Shown: piece by piece, positions 56,601-64,000 of the stretch | Layout: every line of letters starts with the position of its first letter | Position numbering within the stretch: position 1 is the first letter of the stretch | Sequence record: LC788708.1 | Direction: 5' to 3' (one strand) | Source of the DNA: Escherichia coli phage AZ21 | DNA length: 64,000 bases | Notes under the pieces: model-generated | The model's database searches: none | Seen by the model: only the letters and a program-made list of their open reading frames with translations | Told to the model about the DNA's origin: nothing | Position numbers and translations under genes: made by a program

Positions 56601-57295
56601 GTGCAATTGATCAGGCTATCGCAGCAGAGCAGAAACGTGATGGTAAATCAGAAGCATCTAAAGCTAAGTTGAAGAAGTTGGAAGCTGAAAAGCTGAAGAT
56701 TCAACAAGACGCAGCTAAGAAGCAGATTATCATCCAAACTGCGGTAGCAGTAATGCAAGCGGCAACAGCTGTACCGTACCCGTTCTCTATTCCTTTGATG
56801 GTGGCGGCAGGTTTGGCAGGTGCCTTAGCTCTTGCTCAAGCATCTTCTGCATCTGGCATGTCTTCTATTGCAGATTCTGGGGCGGATACAACTAGTTATT
56901 TAACCTTAGGAGAACGTCAGAAGAATATAGATGTGTCCATGTCTGCTAATGCTGGTGAATTATCTTATATTCGTGGCGATAAAGGCATAGGTGGTGCTAA
57001 CTCTTTCGTTCCCCGTGCTGAGGGTGGTAATATGTACCCTGGGGTTAGCTATCAAATGGGTGAGCATGGTACAGAAGTAGTTACCCCTATGGTTCCTATG
57101 AAAGCTACACCTAATGATGAGCTAAAAATCTCATCTAACTCAACTTCAGGAAGACCTATCATCTTGAATATTAGTGCTATGGATGCTGCAAGTTTTAGAG
57201 AGTTTGCTTCTAGTAATAGTAGTGCTCTAAGAGACGCAGTAGAATTAGCTCTGAATGAGAACGGTGCTAGTCTGAAAACATTAGGAAATTCTTAA
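53615..57295 (+). CDS. tail tape measure protein (pb2-like)
   Basis: 1226 aa; Ala/Gln/Lys-rich coiled coils, hydrophobic segment IIIQTAVAVMQAATAVPYPFSIPLMVAAGLAGALALA near C-terminus. Confidence 0.85.
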   Translation: MTDKLIRELLIDVKQKGATRTAKSIENVSDALENAAAASELTNEQLGKMPRTLYSIERAADRAAKSLTKMQASRGMAGITKSIDGIGDKLDYLAIQLIEVTDKLEIGFDGVSRSVKTMGNDVAAATEKVQDRLYDTNRALGGTARGFNDTAGAAGRASRAIGNTSGSARGATRDFAAMAKIGGSLPIMYAALASNIFVLQSAFEQLKLGDQLNRLEKFGVIVGTQTGTPVQTLARSLQEAAGYAISFEEAMRQASSASAYGFDAEQLNKFGLVARRAAAVLGVDMTDALNRVIKGVSKQEIELLDELGVTIRLNDAYADYVKQLNAANTGITYNVNSLTTFQKQQAYANAVIAESTKRFGYLDEVLRATPWEQFAANADAALRKIQQAAAKYLGPVIDAINTVFYTSQASISAEAARAQEKTNRQIDPTNVGAVALSLAASEEGYNKALDMYKESLDKRNKLKSEFDKRMEQADFYTKLAIRQVGEGIPIGIAAAGASEANKQFVAETAAMGLQVTRLGKEVEDSTENLNAWKSAYQAAGAAAANASPEFQKQINLQRDTTDPDAVYDFNSTVLKGLTEQQKAYNQTKKTASDLANDFQNIASSTDTAAKTSATFEEVIKNISSLSAGTGKSADDYVKSLNLGFNTLSEMKTASQALSEYVKLTGNETKNQLAVQQKIADVYNQTKDKEKAQEAGRRLELQQLEEQETALHRVLQTNQGNKAVEKEIEKIQLEKLKLTNQGMEAQKKVKDYTDKILGVDREIALLNNRTMTDTQYRLAQLNLELTVEKEKYEWYTKQADKQKEAEQSRRAQAQIEREIWKFRQDQIASMAAGREEEQQRQFTAKPLMGNAERLQEQLKLYEDLKQKTLGNAAAQAEYNKKIAETRAQLAGLRAQRNAEMQASVGSSLGAVYTPTTGLSGEDKDFADMGNRMASYDQAISKLSELNSEATAVAQSMGNLTNAMIQFSMGSLDTTSTIAVGMQAVSSMIQYSTSQQVSAIDQAIAAEQKRDGKSEASKAKLKKLEAEKLKIQQDAAKKQIIIQTAVAVMQAATAVPYPFSIPLMVAAGLAGALALAQASSASGMSSIADSGADTTSYLTLGERQKNIDVSMSANAGELSYIRGDKGIGGANSFVPRAEGGNMYPGVSYQMGEHGTEVVTPMVPMKATPNDELKISSNSTSGRPIILNISAMDAASFREFASSNSSALRDAVELALNENGASLKTLGNS

Positions 57296-57302
57296 AACTG
57301 GA

Positions 57303-57326
57303 GGAGGACTTTGAGTCCTCCTTTTC
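57303..57326 (+). terminator. rho-independent terminator after tape measure gene
   Basis: GGAGGACT-TTG-AGTCCTCC followed by TTTTC. Confidence 0.7.
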
Positions 57327-57348
57327 TTTATGGAAAAATAAAAATTTC

Positions 57349-57377
57349 TTGATAAAATTTTCTAATACTATTATAAT
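57349..57377 (+). promoter_or_regulatory. sigma70-like promoter between tape measure and distal tail protein genes
   Basis: TTGATA-17-TATAAT right after a hairpin terminator. Confidence 0.45.
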
Positions 57378-57404
57378 ATTGTTATTAAAGAGGAGAAATT
57401 AACT

Positions 57405-58019
57405 ATGAGATTACCAGACCCATACACGAATCCAGAACTTTCAGGCTTAGGATTCGAAAGTGTTAACCTGATTGATAATGACCCAGTAATTCGTGATGAG
57501 TTACCAAATGGTAAAGTTAACGAAGTTAAGGTATCTGCTCAATACTGGGGTATAAATATTTCTTATCCAGAATTATTTCCAGATGAATATAGTGTTCTAG
57601 ATGCTTTTATTCTAGAATACAAAAGGACTGGTGGTTATATAGATGTTATATTACCCCAATACGAAGCTTTCAGAGTTAGAGGTAATACTAGTCTAGTAAA
57701 TATACCTGCTGGACAGAAGGGTTCTAATATAACTATGGATACAAAAGGACTTCTTACAGGTACTCCAAAACCTGGGGATCTATTTAAGCTGTCTAGCCAC
57801 CCAAAAGTATATAAAATAACATCATTTAACAAATCAGGTAATACATGGTCTATAAACTTATACCCTGATTTATTTATAACTACTACTGGAGCGGATAAGC
57901 CAGTATTCAATGGAATACTATTTAGAACAAAACTCATGAATGGTGATGCTTTCGGATCTACATTAAATAATAACGGAACATATTCCGGCATCTCATTAAA
58001 TTTACGGGAAAGTTTATGA
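57405..58019 (+). CDS. distal tail protein (pb9-like)
   Basis: 204 aa, first gene after tape measure. Confidence 0.65.
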   Translation: MRLPDPYTNPELSGLGFESVNLIDNDPVIRDELPNGKVNEVKVSAQYWGINISYPELFPDEYSVLDAFILEYKRTGGYIDVILPQYEAFRVRGNTSLVNIPAGQKGSNITMDTKGLLTGTPKPGDLFKLSSHPKVYKITSFNKSGNTWSINLYPDLFITTTGADKPVFNGILFRTKLMNGDAFGSTLNNNGTYSGISLNLRESL

Positions 58020-60865
58020 AGAAAATACTAGATAGTGCTAGAAACTACTTAAAAAATAATAGCAGAATAAAAACTGCTAGTCTAATTTCCCTAGAATTAC
58101 CCGGCTCTACTGGTACTAGTACTGCTTTTATTTACTTAACTGACTATTTTAGAGATGTACTATATAATGGTATTTTGTACCAGGCCGGTAAAGTTAAGTC
58201 TATTAGCACACATAAACAAAATAGAGATTTATCTATTGGCAGCCTATCTTTTACTATTACAGGTACAGCACAGGATGAAGTACTGAAATTAGTGCAGAAT
58301 GGTGTATCCTTTTTAGATAGACTAGTATCAATCCACCAAGCAATTATTACAGAGGATGGTTCTATTTTACCTGTAGACCCAGACACAAATGGGCCTTTAT
58401 TATACTTTAGAGGGAGAATTACTGGTGGAGGTATTAAGGACAATATTAGTACTTCTGGGGTTGGAACCTCTACAATTACTTGGAATTGTTCTAACCAATT
58501 CTATGATTTTGATAGGGTTAACGGTAGATTTACTGATGATGCTTCTCATAGAGGGCTTGAGGTTGTAGCAGGACAATTAGTTCCATCTAACGGGGCTAAA
58601 AGACTTGAGTACCAGGAAGATTATGGGTTCTTTCATGCCAATAAAAGTATCTCTATTCTAGCAAAATATCAGGTACAGGAAGAAAGATACAAGCTAAAGT
58701 CTAAGAAAAAACTATTTGGCCTATCTAGAAGCTATAGTCTTAAAAAGTACTATGAGACTGTTACTAAAGAAGTAGATATAGATTTTAACCTTGCTGCTAA
58801 GTATATACCAGTAGTTTATGGTGTACAGAAAATACCGGGAATACCTATTTTTGCGGATACGGAATTACACAATCCTAATATAGTTTATGTAGTATATGCT
58901 TTTGCTGAAGGAGAGATAGACGGTTTTCTTGACTTTTCCTTTGGTGATAATCCCATGATTTGTATGGATTCTAATGATAGCTCTGCTAGAACCTGCTTCG
59001 GTGTTAAAAAAGTAGCAGGAGACACCATGCAAAGAATAGCATCAGGAATATCTTCTAGTAGTCCTTCTGTGCACGGTCAGGAATACAAGTATAATGATGG
59101 TAATGGTGATATAAGGATTTGGACCTATCATGGAAAAGCTGATCAAACGGCTTCTGAAGTATTAGTAAATATAGCGAAGGAACGTGGGTTCTATCTCCAA
59201 AATATGAACGGTAATGGGCCTGAATACTGGGATGCTAGATATAAACTATTAGATACTGCATACGCGATAGTACGCTTTACTATTAATGAAAATAGAACTG
59301 AGATTCCAGAAGTTAGTGCTGAGATTCAGGGTAAGAAGATAAAAATCTATCATTCTGATGGTAGAGTAACTGCTAATAGCACTAGTTTAAATGGTATCTG
59401 GCAAACACTTGACTACTTAACTTCAGATAGGTATGGTGCAAACATTGGTATTGATCAGTTCCCTCTCCAACAATTGGTACAAGAAGCTGCTATCTTAGAT
59501 ATTATAGATGAATCTTACCAAGTATCCTGGCAGCCATACTGGAGATATGTTGGGTGGACTGATCCATTAGCAGAAAATAGACAAATAGTACAAATGAATA
59601 CTATTCTAGATACATCTGAATCAGTATTTAAAAATGTGCAAGGTTTACTAGAATCCTACGGCGGGGCTATTAACAACTTATCTGGTCAATATAGGATTAC
59701 TGTAGAAAAATATTCTAATACTCCATTAGAAATTAATTTTCTGGATACTTATGGTGATTTAGAGCTATCAGATACTACTGGTAGAAATAAATTCAACTCA
59801 GTTCAAGCATCCATCGTAGACCCAGCTCTTAGCTGGAAAACTAACTCTATTACCTTTTACAACTCTAAATATAAAGAGCAAGATAAAAATTTAGACAAAA
59901 AATTACAATTATCTTTTGCAAATATAACTAACTACTATACTGCCAGAAGTTTTGCAGACAGAGAACTTAAGAAATCTAGGTATTCTAGAACCCTCTCATT
60001 TTCTTTACCATATCAATTCATTGGTATTGAGCCTAACGATGCTATTACATTTACATACGACCGTTACGGATGGGATAAGAAGTACTTTTTAGTAGATGAA
60101 GTCGAAAACTCTAGGGAAGGAAAGATAAATGTTACTCTGCAGGAATATGGGGAAGATGTATTTATCAACTCTGATCAGGTAGATAATAGTGGTAATGATA
60201 TACCAGATATTAGTAACAACGTTCTCTCTCCTAGAGATTTTAAATATACTCCTACACCCGGTGGTTTAGTTGGTTCTATAGGAAAAAATGGTGAGTTATC
60301 TTGGCTTCCAAGCTTAACTAATAACGTAGTTTATTACTCTATCGTGCATTCCGGTCATGCTGAGCCTTATATTGTGCAGCAACTAGAAACAAATCCTAAT
60401 GAACGCATGATCCAAGAGATAATTGGAGAGCCAGCAGGTTTAGCAATATTTGAAATAAGGGCTGTGGATATAAACGGTAGAAGAAGTTCTCCAGTAACAT
60501 TATCTATAGAACTTAACTCTGCTAAAAACCTAAGCGTAGTATCTAATTTTAGGGTAACTAATACGGCTTCTGGGGATATAACTGAGTTTGTAGGCCCAGA
60601 TGTAAAACTAGCTTGGGATAGGATACCAGAAGAAGATATAATAGAAAGTATATTCTATACTCTAGAGATCTATGATTCTCAGAATAGAATGCTAAGAAGT
60701 GTACATATTGAAAATCAGTATACTTATGACTATTTATTAATATATAATAAGGCAGATTTTGCTCTCCATAACAGTGGTGCTCTAGGGATCAATAGAAAAC
60801 TATATTTTCGTATTAGAGCAGAAGGAGATGATGGAGAACAGTCTGTGGAGTGGGCATCCATTTAA
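58016..60865 (+). CDS. baseplate hub protein (pb3-like)
   Basis: 949 aa, second gene after tape measure, ATGA overlap. Confidence 0.7.
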   Translation: MKKILDSARNYLKNNSRIKTASLISLELPGSTGTSTAFIYLTDYFRDVLYNGILYQAGKVKSISTHKQNRDLSIGSLSFTITGTAQDEVLKLVQNGVSFLDRLVSIHQAIITEDGSILPVDPDTNGPLLYFRGRITGGGIKDNISTSGVGTSTITWNCSNQFYDFDRVNGRFTDDASHRGLEVVAGQLVPSNGAKRLEYQEDYGFFHANKSISILAKYQVQEERYKLKSKKKLFGLSRSYSLKKYYETVTKEVDIDFNLAAKYIPVVYGVQKIPGIPIFADTELHNPNIVYVVYAFAEGEIDGFLDFSFGDNPMICMDSNDSSARTCFGVKKVAGDTMQRIASGISSSSPSVHGQEYKYNDGNGDIRIWTYHGKADQTASEVLVNIAKERGFYLQNMNGNGPEYWDARYKLLDTAYAIVRFTINENRTEIPEVSAEIQGKKIKIYHSDGRVTANSTSLNGIWQTLDYLTSDRYGANIGIDQFPLQQLVQEAAILDIIDESYQVSWQPYWRYVGWTDPLAENRQIVQMNTILDTSESVFKNVQGLLESYGGAINNLSGQYRITVEKYSNTPLEINFLDTYGDLELSDTTGRNKFNSVQASIVDPALSWKTNSITFYNSKYKEQDKNLDKKLQLSFANITNYYTARSFADRELKKSRYSRTLSFSLPYQFIGIEPNDAITFTYDRYGWDKKYFLVDEVENSREGKINVTLQEYGEDVFINSDQVDNSGNDIPDISNNVLSPRDFKYTPTPGGLVGSIGKNGELSWLPSLTNNVVYYSIVHSGHAEPYIVQQLETNPNERMIQEIIGEPAGLAIFEIRAVDINGRRSSPVTLSIELNSAKNLSVVSNFRVTNTASGDITEFVGPDVKLAWDRIPEEDIIESIFYTLEIYDSQNRMLRSVHIENQYTYDYLLIYNKADFALHNSGALGINRKLYFRIRAEGDDGEQSVEWASI

Positions 60866-62922
60866 TGATTTCGAATAATGCACCAGCCAAAATGGTCTTA
60901 AATAGTATAATGACTGGATATACAATGGCGTATGTCCAGCACTCTATATATACTGACTATGATGTTATTGGTAGATCTTTTTGGTTAAAGATAGGAGAAA
61001 GTATAGATAGACGTGATTATACTGGTATAGATACTTTCTTTGTAATGATTAATAACCTGACCCCTTCAACCTCTTACGAGATTCAAGGGGCTTTCTACGA
61101 CTCTATTATTGATTCAGAGCTACTAGAGGCTAAAATTGGTATAAACTTATCCAATAAAACTACCTTTAATACTAAGAGAAAACCTACTATTACTGCCGCT
61201 AGATCAGAAGCTGATCCAGTAGATGTGGGTATAGGTGCCCCTATAGTAGTTATAGAGACTACAGGAGAAGCTAGTTATTGTACTATTGAGTTAAAAAGTA
61301 CTCAACCTTCAAATAGCCCGTGGGTAAAGTATTATATAGGCCCACTATCTCCGACTATTAGATTTGGTGGTGTTCCTATTGGGGATTATAAAGTACGTAT
61401 ATCAGGGCAAGTTACTATGCCTGATGGTGTAACTGTAGACTCCTCTGGATACTTTGAGTTTTCTAAAGTTCTTACTGTAGAGTATAACTTTGTACCTCCC
61501 ACTGCTCCTAGCAATATTACCTTCAAGGCTGCAAGAATTGCAGATGGTAAAGAACGTTATGATTTACGTGTGCAATGGGATTGGAATAGGGGGTCTGGAG
61601 CCAATGTTCGTGAATTTGTTGTTTCTTATATAGACTCCGCAGAATTTGCAAGAACTGGATGGACTAAGGCCCAAAAAATTAACGTAGGTGCTGCACAAGC
61701 GGCAACTATTATATCGTTTCCGTGGAAAATTGAGCATAAATTTAAAGTCTCCTCTATAGCGTGGGGGCCAGATGCTAAAGATGTAACAGATTCTGCAGTA
61801 CAGACTTTTATACTAAATGAGGATACTCCTCTTGATAATAGTTTTGTTAATGAAACTGGTATCGAAGTAAACTATGCGTATATTAAAGGTAAGATTAAAG
61901 ATGGCTCTACGTGGAAGCAAACATTTTTAATTGATGCCTCTACTGGTGCTATTAATATAGGTCTTCTGGATGCAGAAGGAAAAGCACCAATATCTTTCGA
62001 TCCTATTAAAAAGATAGTTAACGTTGATGGTAGTGTTATAACCAAAACTATCAATGCTGCTAATTTTGTAATGACTAATCTAACTGGCCAAGATAATCCG
62101 GCAATCTATACTCAAGGTAAAACTTGGGGAGATACAAAATCTGGTATCTGGATGGGAATGGATAACACTTCTGCTAAACCAAAGTTAGATATAGGTAATG
62201 CTACTCAATGGATACGTTATGATGGTGATACTCTTCGTATTTCTAGCGGGGTTGTTATTGGGACTCCTAATGGTGACGTAGATATTGGTACTGGGATGCA
62301 GGGTAAACAAACAGTATTTGTTTATAAACTTGGTAAAAGCTTGCCAGCAAAACCATTGGAGCAAGATTACCCACCTCCTGGTTGGTCTAAAACCCCACCT
62401 AATCGCACAGATATGACTCAAAATATCTATGCGACTACAGGTACACTTGATCCAGTAACTAATAAGCTACTTGCAGGTACTAGCTGGTCTGATGTAGTTC
62501 AATGGAGTGGTACTGAAGGTACTATCGGTGCAGATGGGCAAAGAGGTCCTGGCATGTATTCCTTGGGTATTCCAGGTCTTGGTGGTTGGGATGATGGGCA
62601 AGCTAACACCTTCTTCCAGAATAACTTTGGCTCTCCACCAGTTAGATATGATATATTGACTGAGTTTAATAGTAATGCTCCTCAATCTGCGTTTACTCGT
62701 CAATGGAATGGTTCCAGTTGGGTTAGCCCAGCAATGGTATTGCACGGCGATATGATAGTTAATGGCACAGTAACCGCTAGTAAGATTGTAGCAAATAATG
62801 CTTTCTTATCTCAGATCGGTGTTAACGTTATTTATGATAGTAACGCCGCATTATCTGATAATCCGGAAGCCTATTACAGAATGAAGATAGACCTGCAAAA
62901 CGGGTACATCCATATAAGGTAA
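60850..62922 (+). CDS. central tail fibre protein (pb4-like)
   Basis: About 690 aa; start may be ATG 60865 (TAATG overlap with pb3 stop). Confidence 0.65.
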   Translation: MGIHLMISNNAPAKMVLNSIMTGYTMAYVQHSIYTDYDVIGRSFWLKIGESIDRRDYTGIDTFFVMINNLTPSTSYEIQGAFYDSIIDSELLEAKIGINLSNKTTFNTKRKPTITAARSEADPVDVGIGAPIVVIETTGEASYCTIELKSTQPSNSPWVKYYIGPLSPTIRFGGVPIGDYKVRISGQVTMPDGVTVDSSGYFEFSKVLTVEYNFVPPTAPSNITFKAARIADGKERYDLRVQWDWNRGSGANVREFVVSYIDSAEFARTGWTKAQKINVGAAQAATIISFPWKIEHKFKVSSIAWGPDAKDVTDSAVQTFILNEDTPLDNSFVNETGIEVNYAYIKGKIKDGSTWKQTFLIDASTGAINIGLLDAEGKAPISFDPIKKIVNVDGSVITKTINAANFVMTNLTGQDNPAIYTQGKTWGDTKSGIWMGMDNTSAKPKLDIGNATQWIRYDGDTLRISSGVVIGTPNGDVDIGTGMQGKQTVFVYKLGKSLPAKPLEQDYPPPGWSKTPPNRTDMTQNIYATTGTLDPVTNKLLAGTSWSDVVQWSGTEGTIGADGQRGPGMYSLGIPGLGGWDDGQANTFFQNNFGSPPVRYDILTEFNSNAPQSAFTRQWNGSSWVSPAMVLHGDMIVNGTVTASKIVANNAFLSQIGVNVIYDSNAALSDNPEAYYRMKIDLQNGYIHIR

Positions 62923-62925
62923 ATA

Positions 62926-63348
62926 ATGAGTACTGAAAATAGAGTTATAGATTTAGTAATAGACGAAAATGTACCATATGGTTTAATGATGCAGTTCTTA
63001 GACGTTGATGATAGTACTTATCCACCTACAAATACCCCAGTTAACTTAACTGGATACTCTCTGAGAGGTACTGTAAAAAATAGTCTAGATGAGAATGCAG
63101 AGATATTAGCATCCTTTACTACTAAAATTATTGATGCTGCTCAAGGGGCTATAGCTATAAGTTTGCCAGTAGAATCTGTGGAAAATATAGGAGCTAAAGC
63201 ATCTAAAGATAGAGATAAATATAACCCCCGACAGCGATTCGCAGGATACTATGATATAATTATGACTAGAGATGTTATAGGATCTGCAATTAGCTCCTTT
63301 CGTATAATGGAGGGTAAAGTATTTATCAGTGATGGGGTAACTAAATAA
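62926..63348 (+). CDS. tail collar protein (p132-like)
   Basis: 140 aa, between pb4-like and L-shaped fibre genes. Confidence 0.5.
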   Translation: MSTENRVIDLVIDENVPYGLMMQFLDVDDSTYPPTNTPVNLTGYSLRGTVKNSLDENAEILASFTTKIIDAAQGAIAISLPVESVENIGAKASKDRDKYNPRQRFAGYYDIIMTRDVIGSAISSFRIMEGKVFISDGVTK

Positions 63349-64000
63349 TGGCAGTAACTACTAAAATTATTGTACAACAAATATTAAATATTGATGATAC
63401 TAAAGCTACTGCTAGTAAGTTTCCTAGATATACAGTAACTCTAGGTAATTCTATTAGCTCTATTACTGCAAGTGAATTAGTATCTTCTATTGAGGCAGCA
63501 GCTAAGTCTGCTGCAGCTGCAAAAGATTCTGAGATAGCTGCTAAGACTTCAGAACTTAATGCTAAGAACTCTGAACAGGAAGCTGCTATTTCTGCTGGAG
63601 CTTCTGAAGCCTCTGCCGCTCAGTCCGCTACATCTGCTACTCAATCTGCTGCATCAGCGGATAGATCTGCAAAATCAGCCGCAGCAGCTAAAGTATCTGA
63701 GACTAATGCAAAAGCTAGTGAAACTAAGGCTAAAACCTCAGAGACTAATGCAAAAGTATCAGAAACCAAGGCAAAGTCTAGTGAAACCAAAGCTAAAGCC
63801 TCCGAAACTAATGTTAAGACTAGCGAAACTAATGCATTAGCAAGTAAAAATGCTGCAGCAGCTTCACAAATAGCAGCAAAAACTTCTGAGACTAATGCTA
63901 AGACTTCTGAAACTAATGCTAAAGCTTCCAAATTAGCGGCAGCTACTTCGGCTACGAATGCTGCTACTAGCGAAACTAATGCATTAGCAAGTAAAAATGC
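63348..64000 (+). CDS. ltf: L-shaped tail fibre protein, N-terminal part (partial at window edge)
   Basis: Open frame from ATG (TAATG overlap) to window end; Ala/Ser-rich with SETNAK/SETKAK repeats. Confidence 0.65.
   Translation, partial: MAVTTKIIVQQILNIDDTKATASKFPRYTVTLGNSISSITASELVSSIEAAAKSAAAAKDSEIAAKTSELNAKNSEQEAAISAGASEASAAQSATSATQSAASADRSAKSAAAAKVSETNAKASETKAKTSETNAKVSETKAKSSETKAKASETNVKTSETNALASKNAAAASQIAAKTSETNAKTSETNAKASKLAAATSATNAATSETNALASKN

Noticed and set aside
63559-63931. ORFs 63559-63840 (+) and 63641-63931 (-)
   Set aside because: Alternative-frame artefacts of the repeat-rich tail fibre gene, which is open in frame from 63348 to the window end.
1-64000. Integrated prophage or mobile-element boundaries (integrase, transposase, att sites)
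   Set aside because: No integrase or transposase motifs seen; gene content and promoter architecture are uniformly those of a virulent T5-like phage.

Overview
This window reads as a contiguous stretch of a T5-like siphophage genome (Demerecviridae type), essentially all coding and mostly on the + strand. Layout: (1) 1–27.5 kb, an early region of small genes each behind a T5-type sigma70 promoter (TTGCTT-17 bp-TATAAT followed by a conserved TTCATAAATTGA..GAGAGG leader), with a tRNA island (about 7 tRNAs), RNase H, GrcA-like glycyl-radical protein, dNMP kinase, holin/endolysin, Ser/Thr phosphatase and an HNH endonuclease. (2) 27.6–29.35 kb, a repeat-rich non-coding gap with nine copies of GTCGGAT(T/C)(T/C)GCACA, tandem and direct repeats, palindromes, DnaA boxes and a near-consensus LexA box. 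(3) 29.35–32.7 kb, a compact minus-strand operon of about 10 small ORFs with no recognisable domains, bracketed by LexA-box/DnaA-box clusters; this is my best candidate for an undescribed host-takeover or anti-defence module. (4) 33.8–38.6 kb, pre-early genes (A1-like 556-aa metallophosphatase, HAD-family dmp-like nucleotidase). (5) 39.6–64 kb, the late module: llp-like lipoprotein, pb5-like receptor-binding protein, terminase, two nucleases, portal, protease, major capsid, tail tube, tape measure, baseplate and the start of the L-shaped tail fibre. The early -> pre-early -> late order implies the contig runs through a collapsed terminal repeat. No rRNA, CRISPR array, integrase or transposase was seen. 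All functional calls come from motifs, lengths and gene order read by eye; no homology search was run.
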